This document shows, in pieces, positions 1-8,379 of a DNA stretch of 64,000 nucleotides. The first letter of the stretch is position 1, and each line of letters starts with the position of its first letter. The stretch is from an uncultured Subdoligranulum sp. (GTDB lineage: Bacteria > Bacillota > Clostridia > Christensenellales > CAG-314): contig CABUZX010000001.1 of the NCBI GenBank assembly GCA_902496185.1, forward strand, positions 64,509-128,508. Direction: 5' to 3'. The notes under the pieces were generated by a model. That model made no database searches. It was not told the origin of the DNA and was given only the letters and a program-made list of their open reading frames with translations. Made by a program: the position numbers and the translations under genes.

Positions 1-1
1 C

Positions 2-1039
2 TATTGCAAAATGTCCACAGAGGAACTCTCAAAAAGATTTAAACATCCTTTATTGCAAAAGTTTATTACTTGTTTTTTCGGTAAAAACTTTACTGCGCTT
101 GCTTTACTTGTAACTTTTGCTATTTTTTGTGGGGAAAACGGTGGAATCCCTCAAGGTGGCTCTTTTGCTATGGCGCAAAGAATAGTAAATCGTTTTTTAA
201 GTCTTGGCGGTAAATTGTTGTTAAACAAAGACGCAACGAAAATAAAAATAGAAAATGGCAAAGCAAAATACGTTGTTTTTTCGGACGCTACCATAATAAA
301 CGCTGATTACGTTATTTCTACAGCCGATACTAAAGTTACGTTTGAACAACTACTTGGTCAAAAACTTCCTAAAAATTTGCAAAAATATTATAATAATCCT
401 CAAATGAAGCGTTTTTCTGCATTTCAATGCGCTTTTTCATGTGATACCGACCGAGTACCCTTTTCTGCTGACATGATTTTTGAACTGTCAGAAAAACATA
501 AAAAAAAGCTGTCAATTGACTTTTTGATATTGCGAGAGTTTTCGCATGAAAAATCTTTTGCCCCAAAAGGAAAAACAGTATTGCAAACTCTTATTTTTTG
601 TAATGAAAAAAAGTCAATTGAATTTATAGAATTAAGAAAAAACAAGGAAGCATATACAAAGTTTAAAATTGATTTGGCAAATAAGATTAAAGAAATTATT
701 ATAGAAAAATTTCCTTTATTAAAAGACAAAATTAAATTATTGGACGTATGGACGCCTGCTACTTATCAACGCTATACTAAGGCGGAAATTGGTTCTTTTA
801 TGAGTTTTATTTTGCCAAAAAACAAACTTCCCCTAAGAGTTAAAAGTAAAATAAGAGGCTTAAAAAACGTTTTTTTGGCAACACAATGGCAACAACCGCC
901 GGGAGGTCTCCCTACTGCTGCTCAATTAGGAAAAATAGCTATAGACTGTATAAATAAAAAAGAAAAGAAAAATAAAAATACAAGTGAGTGTGTTTACAAA
1001 AACTCTAAAAAATTTAATGTTAAAGAAAATAGAATATAA
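2..1039 (+). CDS. FAD/NAD(P)-dependent oxidoreductase, phytoene-desaturase (CrtI)/amine-oxidase-like family; C-terminal part, 5' end off-window
   Basis: The frame is open to the window edge. The C-terminal block FLATQWQQPPGGLPTAAQLG resembles the FAD-binding tail of CrtI-like enzymes. It is the only + strand gene in the window. Confidence 0.6.
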   Translation, partial: YCKMSTEELSKRFKHPLLQKFITCFFGKNFTALALLVTFAIFCGENGGIPQGGSFAMAQRIVNRFLSLGGKLLLNKDATKIKIENGKAKYVVFSDATIINADYVISTADTKVTFEQLLGQKLPKNLQKYYNNPQMKRFSAFQCAFSCDTDRVPFSADMIFELSEKHKKKLSIDFLILREFSHEKSFAPKGKTVLQTLIFCNEKKSIEFIELRKNKEAYTKFKIDLANKIKEIIIEKFPLLKDKIKLLDVWTPATYQRYTKAEIGSFMSFILPKNKLPLRVKSKIRGLKNVFLATQWQQPPGGLPTAAQLGKIAIDCINKKEKKNKNTSECVYKNSKKFNVKENRI

Positions 1040-1135
1040 TCAATATTAAAAACTTCCTAATATAAATTATATATAATCATTACGGAGTTTAATATACGCT
1101 AAATCGTGATGACGTGCCATTACTCTGTAATGTAT

Positions 1136-1177
1136 AAAAAAACGACTGCAATTTTTATCAAAATTACAGTCGTTTTT
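1136..1177. terminator. Bidirectional rho-independent terminator between the convergent + strand gene and the tRNA operon
   Basis: A 15-bp stem joins aacgactgcaatttt (1141-1155) and aaaattacagtcgtt (1160-1174). It has one C.A mismatch on +, which becomes G.U on the - strand RNA. It is flanked by an A-run upstream and a T-run downstream. Confidence 0.7.
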
Positions 1178-1262
1178 TGGTGGGAAGAGGTGGATTCGAA
1201 CCACCGAAGTCGGTGACGGCAGATTTACAGTCTGCTCCCTTTAGCCACTCGGGAATCTTCCC
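1178..1262 (-). tRNA. tRNA-Tyr (anticodon GTA), long variable arm, encoded CCA
   Basis: The reverse complement reads GGGAAGATTCCCGAGTGGCTAAAGGGAGCAGACTGTAAATCTGCCGTCACCGACTTCGGTGGTTCGAATCCACCTCTTCCCACCA. The acceptor stem is GGGAAGA/TCTTCCC, the anticodon loop CTGTAAA, and the T arm GGTGG-TTCGAAT-CCACC. Confidence 0.9.
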
Positions 1263-1271
1263 ATATATTCA

Positions 1272-1347
1272 TGGAGCTGGTGAACGGAATCGAACCATCA
1301 ACCTATTGATTACAAATCAATTGCTCTGCCAGTTGAGCTACACCAGC
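1272..1347 (-). tRNA. tRNA-Thr (anticodon TGT), encoded CCA
   Basis: The reverse complement reads GCTGGTGTAGCTCAACTGGCAGAGCAATTGATTTGTAATCAATAGGTTGATGGTTCGATTCCGTTCACCAGCTCCA. It folds as a cloverleaf with anticodon stem ATTGA/TCAAT and loop TTTGTAA. Confidence 0.9.
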
Positions 1348-1364
1348 AAGTATTTTATAAAAAA

Positions 1365-1440
1365 TGGTGCCTCGGGGCGGAATTGAACCACCGACACGGG
1401 GATTTTCAGTCCCCTGCTCTACCAACTGAGCTACCGAGGC
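1365..1440 (-). tRNA. tRNA-Phe (anticodon GAA), encoded CCA
   Basis: The reverse complement reads GCCTCGGTAGCTCAGTTGGTAGAGCAGGGGACTGAAAATCCCCGTGTCGGTGGTTCAATTCCGCCCCGAGGCACCA. The anticodon loop is CTGAAAA. Confidence 0.9.
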
Positions 1441-1444
1441 ATTT

Positions 1445-1521
1445 TGGCGACCTGGAAGGGACTCGAACCCTCGACCTCTAGCGTGACAGGCTAGCGTTCT
1501 AACCAACTGAACTACCAGGCC
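1445..1521 (-). tRNA. tRNA-Asp (anticodon GTC), encoded CCA
   Basis: The reverse complement reads GGCCTGGTAGTTCAGTTGGTTAGAACGCTAGCCTGTCACGCTAGAGGTCGAGGGTTCGAGTCCCTTCCAGGTCGCCA. The anticodon stem is CTAGC/GCTAG and the loop CTGTCAC. Confidence 0.9.
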
Positions 1522-1552
1522 AAAAACTGTTTATATATGCGTTAGGTTGCGT

Positions 1553-1629
1553 TGGTGGGCCTTCAGGGACTCGAACCCCGGACCAATCGGTTATGAGCCG
1601 ACCGCTCTGACCAACTGAGCTAAAGGCCC
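1553..1629 (-). tRNA. tRNA with CAT anticodon (elongator Met or lysidine-modified Ile2; not initiator), encoded CCA
   Basis: The reverse complement reads GGGCCTTTAGCTCAGTTGGTCAGAGCGGTCGGCTCATAACCGATTGGTCCGGGGTTCGAGTCCCTGAAGGCCCACCA. G1-C72 is paired and the anticodon stem has no triple G-C run, so it is not tRNA-fMet. I cannot separate Met from Ile2 by eye. Confidence 0.85.
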
Positions 1630-1634
1630 TCAAA

Positions 1635-1711
1635 TGGTCGGGGTGAAGAGACTCGAACTCCCGACCCCATGGTCCCAAACCACGTGCGCTACCAAACTGC
1701 GCTACACCCCG
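1635..1711 (-). tRNA. tRNA-Pro (anticodon TGG), encoded CCA
   Basis: The reverse complement reads CGGGGTGTAGCGCAGTTTGGTAGCGCACGTGGTTTGGGACCATGGGGTCGGGAGTTCGAGTCTCTTCACCCCGACCA. The acceptor stem is CGGGGTG/CACCCCG and the anticodon loop TTTGGGA. Confidence 0.9.
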
Positions 1712-1744
1712 ATATTGGGCAACCGTTTTGCTAACAGCTTAATT

Positions 1745-1773
1745 AGCATACATTAAATTATTGATTTTGTCAA
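1745..1773 (-). promoter_or_regulatory. Sigma-A type promoter of the tRNA operon
   Basis: On the - strand: TTGACA (1773-1768), a 17-nt spacer, then TATGCT (1750-1745). This is about 33 nt upstream of the tRNA-Pro 5' end. Confidence 0.5.
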
Positions 1774-1832
1774 TAAATTTTAAGCAAAAAATTTAAAAAA
1801 ATTTAAGGTTTTTTTGGTTTTTTATTTCATAT

Positions 1833-1867
1833 AAAAAGCCTTTTTACTACTTATAAAAAGGCTTTTT
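1833..1867 (-). terminator. Rho-independent terminator downstream of the ispH-S1 gene
   Basis: The segment aaaaagccttttta-ctactta-taaaaaggcttttt is a perfect palindrome, placed directly after the stop at 1893. Confidence 0.7.
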
Positions 1868-1892
1868 ACTGATTGAAATAAATTTACAAAAA

Positions 1893-3998
1893 TTATGCTT
1901 CTGCAGGTGTTTCTTCCGCAGGAACTTCCTCTATCGGGTTTGTTTCTTCTACTGATTCCGTATTGGTATCTGCAGATTTTTCAGCCTGAGTTTCTGGCGG
2001 AGTAAGTAAAGCTTTGCGTGACAAAGTAATACGCTTGTTTTCGGTATCACATTCAATAACTTGCAACTCCAATTCGTCGCCTACTTTAATGACCTTGTTG
2101 ATATCTGCCAACCACTCCCAACTGATATTTGAGATATGGAGTAATCCGTCAATATTGTCGCCCAACTCTACAAAAGCACCATACGGCAAAATTCTTGCCA
2201 CTTTTCCCGTAACGATTGCGCCCGCAGGGTATTTTTCAGCCGCCAATTGCCATGGATGAGGTTGAAGTTGTTTATATCCGATAGAAATACGGCTTGTCGC
2301 TCTGTCAAGTTTTAATACTACGAATTCGTAAGTTTTGCCAATTTCCAAAACTTCATCAGGAGTTTTGATTGGAGTCCAAGAAAGATCGCTCAAATGCGCC
2401 AAGCAATCCATACCGCGTACGTTTACAAAAACGCCAAAAGCGGCAAATCTAAGAACTTTTCCTTCTACAATTTCGCCAACTTCGATATTGTTCCAAAAAT
2501 TATCTTCTCTTTCTTGCTTTTCTTTTTCTAAAATAAGTTTATGACTTGCAACGATTTTTCTTTTTGTTTCGTCAATACCGTCGGGCAAAGCAACCAAAGT
2601 CATTTTTTTGCCGACAAATTGCTTGAGATCGTTTACATAACCCATTTTGATATGGCTTGCAGGTATAAATACGGTAAAACTACCTAATTTTGCCAACAAA
2701 CCACCTTTAGAGTCACTCTTAATTGTAACCTCAAAGCGATTGCCTTGTTTGATGCCTTCTACTTGTTCGTCATCTTTATAAAGTTCATCAATTTCTTTTT
2801 TGGAAAGGCTAACGCCTTTATCCGTAGAAATTACAATGCATTCAACTTTATCGCCAATCTTCAATGACGCCTTGACTGCTTCAAAATCGTCGTCCAAACT
2901 CAATTGGTCATTAGGTATAATAGCCTCCTTTTTAGTACCCAAGGAAACAAATACACCCTCAGGGGCGATCTGAACGACCTCTCCTTTAACTTTTTGACCT
3001 TTTTTGAATTGACGCGGGCCTCTGTCAAGTTTTTCTACCGCTCTGGTGAACAACTCTTGTTCCGTCTCTGGTTTAGACGGAGCCTGTTCGGCAGTTTGCT
3101 CTGTCGGGATTTGTGCTTGTTGCTCGATTGCTTGTTGTTCTAAAACCTTAGCGTTGTCTTTTGCGTCTTGAATCATTTTTGATAAAACCTCCTCTGTCAA
3201 CTCTATAGGGGTTGACGCTCCTGCTATAAGACCGATACTTTCATATCCGGAAACGTCAGGCAATTGCGAGACGTTTTCTATCCAGATAGTGTTGGCGTTA
3301 TTTGCCTTTGCAATGGAAAACAGTTTTGTTGTATTGCTACTTTGTTTGCCACCGACTACCACACAAAAGTCACTATTTGATGAAGCGTATTCAGCAAATA
3401 GTTGTCGGCTTTTAGTAGTATAGCAAATTGTATTAAAAAATTCAAGTATTTTTGCATTTGTTTTTGTAATATTCTTTAAAGTTTCATCTACTTTTTCGAT
3501 ATCAAAGGTAGTTTGAAACAGGACAAGGACTTTTTGGGGAGTATCAAGCACTAATTTGCCACTGCCGTCGAAAATAGTTGCAGAATTATTGCACCATCCG
3601 TTTATTCCAATAATTTCAGGATGGTTTTTATTGCCGACCAAAACTATATGATATCCTTTTTCGTAATAGTCTCTTGCTTTAATTTGAATATTTTTTACAA
3701 AAGGGCAAGTTGCGTCCACTACTTCTATTTTATTTTTTTTGCAATAATCAAAAACCCAGGGAGCAGCACCGTGACTGCGAATTATCAACACGTCGCCTTT
3801 GTTTAACAGTTTTAAATCATTGATAACCTTCAAGCCGCGAGAAGTCATTTTGTCTATCACGTTTTGGTTATGTACAATTTCGCCGAAAGAATAAACTTTT
3901 TGCGTGGGTTTTTTTTCAGCAAGCGCTTTTAATGCAAAGTTTACAGCGTTGGTTACTCCGTTGCAAAAACCTCTATTTTTTGATACTATAATTTTCAT
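1893..3998 (-). CDS. ispH: Bifunctional 4-hydroxy-3-methylbut-2-enyl diphosphate reductase (IspH/LytB) fused to four S1 RNA-binding domains
   Basis: The N-terminal ~285 aa are collinear with IspH (MKIIVSKNRGFCNGV...). A Q/E/P-rich linker follows, then four S1 repeats (e.g. GKVLRFAAFGVFV, GKVARILPYGAFVEL). It is one uninterrupted 701-aa frame. The ATG overlaps the plsC stop (ATGA). Confidence 0.9.
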   Translation of the reverse strand: MKIIVSKNRGFCNGVTNAVNFALKALAEKKPTQKVYSFGEIVHNQNVIDKMTSRGLKVINDLKLLNKGDVLIIRSHGAAPWVFDYCKKNKIEVVDATCPFVKNIQIKARDYYEKGYHIVLVGNKNHPEIIGINGWCNNSATIFDGSGKLVLDTPQKVLVLFQTTFDIEKVDETLKNITKTNAKILEFFNTICYTTKSRQLFAEYASSNSDFCVVVGGKQSSNTTKLFSIAKANNANTIWIENVSQLPDVSGYESIGLIAGASTPIELTEEVLSKMIQDAKDNAKVLEQQAIEQQAQIPTEQTAEQAPSKPETEQELFTRAVEKLDRGPRQFKKGQKVKGEVVQIAPEGVFVSLGTKKEAIIPNDQLSLDDDFEAVKASLKIGDKVECIVISTDKGVSLSKKEIDELYKDDEQVEGIKQGNRFEVTIKSDSKGGLLAKLGSFTVFIPASHIKMGYVNDLKQFVGKKMTLVALPDGIDETKRKIVASHKLILEKEKQEREDNFWNNIEVGEIVEGKVLRFAAFGVFVNVRGMDCLAHLSDLSWTPIKTPDEVLEIGKTYEFVVLKLDRATSRISIGYKQLQPHPWQLAAEKYPAGAIVTGKVARILPYGAFVELGDNIDGLLHISNISWEWLADINKVIKVGDELELQVIECDTENKRITLSRKALLTPPETQAEKSADTNTESVEETNPIEEVPAEETPAEA

Positions 3999-4636
3999 TT
4001 ATTTCGCCTTTTGGATTTAATTGCCCTATATTCGTCGCATTGCATTTTTGCGTTGTTAAATTTTTCCAGCAAAAGAGCGTTTGCTTCTTGCAAAATATCT
4101 TTATTTAACGGTTTGTCGTAAAATTGATTCAAATGCAATACTTCACCCACTACGATATAAGATTTGCCGACAATTTTATCTTTTTTATTTCGTGGGTGAA
4201 ATATATAAATAGGCAGTAACGGCGTTTTAGTTTTTATCGCAAGAGAAACAGCGCCCTCTTTAAAAGGTAAAAAACTACCGTCATGAAGGTGGTTTCTTGT
4301 GCCTTCTGGAGCAATAAGTAAGCTTCCGCCTTGTTTAAGTGTTAATATTGATTTTTTTGTTACGTTTAAATCGACCTCGCCTCTATTTACGGGGATATAA
4401 CCGAGTCCGTCTAAAAAATTGCGAAAAAATTTGCTTTTTCTAAATTCTGCTTTATATAAACAAATCGGTGAAATTTTAAAACTTTCCAAAGTTACAACAA
4501 AATCCCAATTTGAAGTATGGTTTATACAATAAATTACACGCTCATCTTTAAGCTTTTTGTTACCCAAAACTTTTACCGGACGAATAATGCGCGAAAGCCA
4601 AGCGCAAAAAAATCTATAAGTTGCTATTTTAGCCAT
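3995..4636 (-). CDS. plsC: 1-acyl-sn-glycerol-3-phosphate acyltransferase
   Basis: It carries the HX4D motif NHTSNWD and the PEGTR block. Confidence 0.85.
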   Translation of the reverse strand: MAKIATYRFFCAWLSRIIRPVKVLGNKKLKDERVIYCINHTSNWDFVVTLESFKISPICLYKAEFRKSKFFRNFLDGLGYIPVNRGEVDLNVTKKSILTLKQGGSLLIAPEGTRNHLHDGSFLPFKEGAVSLAIKTKTPLLPIYIFHPRNKKDKIVGKSYIVVGEVLHLNQFYDKPLNKDILQEANALLLEKFNNAKMQCDEYRAIKSKRRNK

Positions 4637-5303
4637 TAAATATACCTTTTTCTATTAATATTTCGTCTATTTTATTCAATACTTCCTCTATTGACATATA
4701 TGAAGAATCGATTTCAATAGCATCAGCAGCTTTTTTCAAGGGAGCAAAGGCTCGCGTCATATCGTTTTTATCACGCTGATTTATATCGTCAAGAACGGTT
4801 TGTTTGTCAACTTTTTGTCCTTTTTCTAAAAGTTCCTTATATCGCCTTTCAGCTCTTGTTTCGGGACTGGCAGTTAAAAATATTTTTATATTTGCGTCGG
4901 GCAAGACGTAAGTACCTATATCCCTACCGTCCAAAACGCAATTTGTTTTTTTTGCAATTTTGCGTTGAAGGTCTACTAATTTGAGCCTGCAACTCGGAAT
5001 TGCCGATACGTCGCTTGCCAATTTGCTTACGTGATGTTCTCTGATCTCTTTACTGACGTCTTTTTTTTCCAAAAAAACGTGTTGTTCTCCGTCAATATAC
5101 TTTATTTCCAAGTCAAGGTTTTTAAGAATATCGTCAAGTTGTTTTTCATCATACATATCGGCTTTTGTCAAAAAAACCTTTAAACCTACGACTCTGTACA
5201 TTGCGCCCGTATCAAGGTACGTTATATTATATTTTTTTGCTATACTTTTTGCAATGGTACTTTTTCCTGCGCCACTTGGCCCGTCAATTGCTATATTTAT
5301 CAT
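4629..5303 (-). CDS. cmk: Cytidylate kinase
   Basis: It has the P-loop IAIDGPSGAGKST and a full-length Cmk-like layout. The SD GGGAGG lies upstream of the ATG. Confidence 0.92.
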   Translation of the reverse strand: MINIAIDGPSGAGKSTIAKSIAKKYNITYLDTGAMYRVVGLKVFLTKADMYDEKQLDDILKNLDLEIKYIDGEQHVFLEKKDVSKEIREHHVSKLASDVSAIPSCRLKLVDLQRKIAKKTNCVLDGRDIGTYVLPDANIKIFLTASPETRAERRYKELLEKGQKVDKQTVLDDINQRDKNDMTRAFAPLKKAADAIEIDSSYMSIEEVLNKIDEILIEKGIFNG

Positions 5304-5652
5304 TTAAGTCCTCCCTAAGTACTTTGGCATTGTTTAAATAAACGTGATGCACTTCATCAATTTTTTGATTTGTCATAAGCATTATTCTTATGCAAAATTT
5401 TAAAGCGCCGTCATATTCATGATGAGCTAAACAAAGCAACGGAATATCGGCAACTTTCTTAATTTTTATTCTTAAACAAGTTGCTGGATTTGCGCAAGTT
5501 AAATCCTGAGTACAAGCAAAAATTATGCAACAAATTTGGTTTAAATCAAGATTGTTTTTTTGAACCAAGGTTTCGAACATTTGCAATACTGCAACTTGCA
5601 TTTCTTCTTTGATATTATTGTTGATGGTTGTTGCTGCTCTTAATACAGTCAT
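5284..5652 (-). CDS. aroH: Monofunctional chorismate mutase, AroH type
   Basis: It is collinear with B. subtilis AroH (RAATT, CIRIMLMT, HVYLNNAKVLREDL). The length of ~120 aa fits. Confidence 0.8.
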   Translation of the reverse strand: MTVLRAATTINNNIKEEMQVAVLQMFETLVQKNNLDLNQICCIIFACTQDLTCANPATCLRIKIKKVADIPLLCLAHHEYDGALKFCIRIMLMTNQKIDEVHHVYLNNAKVLREDLNDKYSN

Positions 5653-5655
5653 AAT

Positions 5656-6876
5656 TTACTCCATTACCGCGCTTTTACCTGCAAGAGCACCTGTTGATAA
5701 AGCAATTTGAATATTGAATCCGCCCGTAAACGCGTCAACGTCCAAAAGTTCGCCACAAACGTACAATCCGTCGATAATTTTGCTTTGCATTGTCTTTGGG
5801 GTAATTTCTTTTGTATCAATTCCACCTCTTGTCACTATTGCGCTATCGGCGTTATCAACGGCTTGTATGTCAAAAGTTAAAAATTTTATCAAATTTAACA
5901 AACTTTTTCTTTCCGCTTGAGTGACAGAATTTGCTTGTTTTGCAGGATTAATTTTGCTTTGTTCTATTATATATTTTGCTAAAGATGCAGGTAAAAGATT
6001 ATTTAAACAATTTTTAAATTCCTTATTAAGTTGTTGATTAAAGTCTCTTAAGATTCGTTTGTCGAGAGTATCTTCGTCTAAAGCCGGTTTTAAATCAATA
6101 AAAACTTTATAATTTCCTTTTTGAGCGTCATAACGGGTTGAAAGAGTCAAAACCGTAGGACCGGAAATTCCTTTGTGGGTAAACAATAATTCACCAAATT
6201 CTTCCGCAACTTTTTTCCCGTTGCAAAAAAGCGACGCTGAAATATTTTTTAGAGTTAAGCCTGCCAAGTCGTGTTTTTGCTTGGTAATAAATCCTACAAG
6301 CGACGGCTTTGGTTGAATAATTTTGTGACCGAATTTTTCTGCAAACAAGTATCCGTCACCGGTACTGCCCGTTGCCTGATAATAGTTTCCGCCCGTTGCC
6401 AAAACAAGTTTATCAGCATAAAAATAACCTTTATTTGTCTTTAAAACAAATTGATTATTTTCTTTTGTAACGGTAATAACGTTTGTTTCTAAATGAATTT
6501 TTATATTGTACTCTTTAAGCTTTTTTTCAAGACATTTAATTATGTCTGAAGATTTGTCCGAAACAGGAAAGACTCTATTGCCTCGTTCTGTCTTTAGAAG
6601 ACACCCGTTTTGATTAAAAAAGCGTATCGTATCTTGACAATCAAAAGCAGACAATGGCGCAAACATGAATTTTGAATTTGTTACAACGGAGTTCATAAAA
6701 ATTTCCCTTGTACAATCGTTTGTTACGTTGCATCTGCCTTTGCCGGTAATAAATAACTTTTTGCCTAATTTTTCGTTTTTTTCCAATAAAATTACGTCAG
6801 CATATTTATTGGTTAGTTTTGCTTGTATGGCTGACATCATACCGGCAGGTCCACCACCGACAATTACTAATCTCAT
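5656..6876 (-). CDS. NAD(P)/FAD-dependent oxidoreductase, HI0933/YhiN/BaiN family
   Basis: It has the dinucleotide fold VIVGGGPAGMM and the GRCNVTN motif. The ORF-track start at 6918 looks like an extension. The ATG at 6876 overlaps the surE stop as TAATG. Confidence 0.85.
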   Translation of the reverse strand: MRLVIVGGGPAGMMSAIQAKLTNKYADVILLEKNEKLGKKLFITGKGRCNVTNDCTREIFMNSVVTNSKFMFAPLSAFDCQDTIRFFNQNGCLLKTERGNRVFPVSDKSSDIIKCLEKKLKEYNIKIHLETNVITVTKENNQFVLKTNKGYFYADKLVLATGGNYYQATGSTGDGYLFAEKFGHKIIQPKPSLVGFITKQKHDLAGLTLKNISASLFCNGKKVAEEFGELLFTHKGISGPTVLTLSTRYDAQKGNYKVFIDLKPALDEDTLDKRILRDFNQQLNKEFKNCLNNLLPASLAKYIIEQSKINPAKQANSVTQAERKSLLNLIKFLTFDIQAVDNADSAIVTRGGIDTKEITPKTMQSKIIDGLYVCGELLDVDAFTGGFNIQIALSTGALAGKSAVME

Positions 6877-7634
6877 TAAAATTTTTCCTTTAATATTTTT
6901 AGTAATTCGTGATCGCAAATATCAAGTTTGAGAGGTGTTACGGTTATGTAATTTTGACCTATATAATAAGCGTCGGTTTCTTCCGGCATATCAAAAGCTA
7001 TGAAATCACCTTCAAGCGAAAAACCTTTTTTGTTGTTTACGAGGTCTAAATGCTCCTCGTAAACGTCTTCAAACATTTTGGTGCCGTATGGGACTACTTT
7101 TACGCCTTTTATTTCTTCTTTTTTTGCGCATGGTACGTTTACGTTAAATACAGTACCGCTTTTGTGCGAGGAATAAAACTTATTTATATTTTGTTCCAAA
7201 AAATCACAAGTAGCGTCAAAATCAAGTAAATTTTCATCAATATGTTTACAAGCGTATGACAAAGCTATTGAGGGTTTGCCTAAAATTGCACCTTCGCTTG
7301 CTGCTCCAACCGTGCCGGAATAATAGACGTCTACAGTCAAATTAGGACCGATATTAGGGCCTGCAACAACCATATCAATATCAAGATTTAAACATTTGAG
7401 AGCAAATCTCACACAGTCTCCCGGTGAACCTGTCAAAGAAAAAGCTTGCTTTGCACCTTTTACGAAAACTTCTTGCATATACATTGGGCGTCTAAAAGTC
7501 ATACTGTGGCTAAATCCCGAACGTTGGCTGTCGGGAGCAACAACGTAAACTTCGTTGCTTTTTGATAAATAATCTACAAGAGTTTTTAGTCCTTTGCTTT
7601 GAATTCCATCGTCATTTGTTACTAATATCTTCAT
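6876..7634 (-). CDS. surE: 5'/3'-nucleotidase SurE
   Basis: It has the N-terminal signature MKILVTNDDGI and a typical length. Confidence 0.9.
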   Translation of the reverse strand: MKILVTNDDGIQSKGLKTLVDYLSKSNEVYVVAPDSQRSGFSHSMTFRRPMYMQEVFVKGAKQAFSLTGSPGDCVRFALKCLNLDIDMVVAGPNIGPNLTVDVYYSGTVGAASEGAILGKPSIALSYACKHIDENLLDFDATCDFLEQNINKFYSSHKSGTVFNVNVPCAKKEEIKGVKVVPYGTKMFEDVYEEHLDLVNNKKGFSLEGDFIAFDMPEETDAYYIGQNYITVTPLKLDICDHELLKILKEKF

Positions 7635-7642
7635 GATTTTAC

Positions 7643-8347
7643 CTACAAATTTAATAAATAATTTATTTCCTTGTCGTTAAGAAATCTATATTTGCCACGC
7701 GTTAAACCGCCAAGCTTTATATCGCCTTCGGCAGTACGTTTTAAAAACACGACAGTTTTGCCTATGCTTTCCAACATTTTGCGAACCTGACGGTTTCTGC
7801 CTTCCGTGATAATTATTTCCACTCGTGAAAATTTTTCGTCGCTTTCAATAAGCTTTGCTTTGGCTGGTGCTGTCTTTTTGCCGTCCAACAAAATACCACT
7901 ACGCAATTTTTGTAAGTCAGCTTCGGATATTTCTCCTTCAATTTTTGCAACGTAAGTTTTTGTTACTTTACTTTTGGGATGCGTTAATTTTTGCGCTACG
8001 TCGCCGTTTGTAGTAAGTAATAACAAGCCTTCCGTATCGTAATCTAATCTACCAACGGTAAATAAGCGTGTTTTTAGGTCAATAAGATCCATTACAGTCT
8101 TTCTTCCAAGTTCATCTTTTGCCGTGCAAACGTAGCCTTTAGGCTTGTGCAACATTATATAATAATCTCGACTTTTATAATGTACTCTTTTGCCTTCAAC
8201 GGTTACGGAATCATTGTATTCGTCAACGTCAAATCCCATCTCTGTTACTAAAATACCGTTAACTTTGACTTTTTTTCCCGCAACAAGTAGATCTGCTCCA
8301 CGTCTGCCCGACACTCCACACCCTGCTAAATATTTGTTTATTCTCAT
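7643..8347 (-). CDS. rluB: Pseudouridine synthase, RsuA/RluB family
   Basis: It has an S4 domain (MRINKYLAGCGVSGRRGAD) and the catalytic block GRLDYDTEGLLLLTTNGD. The ATG at 8347 is preceded by AGGTGG. The ORF-track start at 8380 is an upstream extension. Confidence 0.88.
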   Translation of the reverse strand: MRINKYLAGCGVSGRRGADLLVAGKKVKVNGILVTEMGFDVDEYNDSVTVEGKRVHYKSRDYYIMLHKPKGYVCTAKDELGRKTVMDLIDLKTRLFTVGRLDYDTEGLLLLTTNGDVAQKLTHPKSKVTKTYVAKIEGEISEADLQKLRSGILLDGKKTAPAKAKLIESDEKFSRVEIIITEGRNRQVRKMLESIGKTVVFLKRTAEGDIKLGGLTRGKYRFLNDKEINYLLNL

Positions 8348-8379
8348 AAAACCACCTAAAAAAGGCAGTGCTATCAGCA

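Noticed and set aside
1052-1079. Possible dif (XerCD) site ACTTCCTAATATAAATTATATATAATCA in the convergent intergenic region
   Set aside because: The first 8 nt match the Bacillus dif left arm (ACTTCCTA), and the site lies where gene orientation flips. However, the normally best-conserved XerD arm (TTATGTAAACT type) matches at only about 7 of 11 positions in a very AT-rich context. One opposing gene does not establish a terminus. It would need a whole-genome GC-skew analysis and a dif-model scan.
1177-1506. ORF-track calls 1177-1386 (+) and 1303-1506 (-) across the tRNA cluster
   Set aside because: They are read-throughs of G+C-rich tRNA genes. Six canonical cloverleafs with encoded CCA account for the whole segment.
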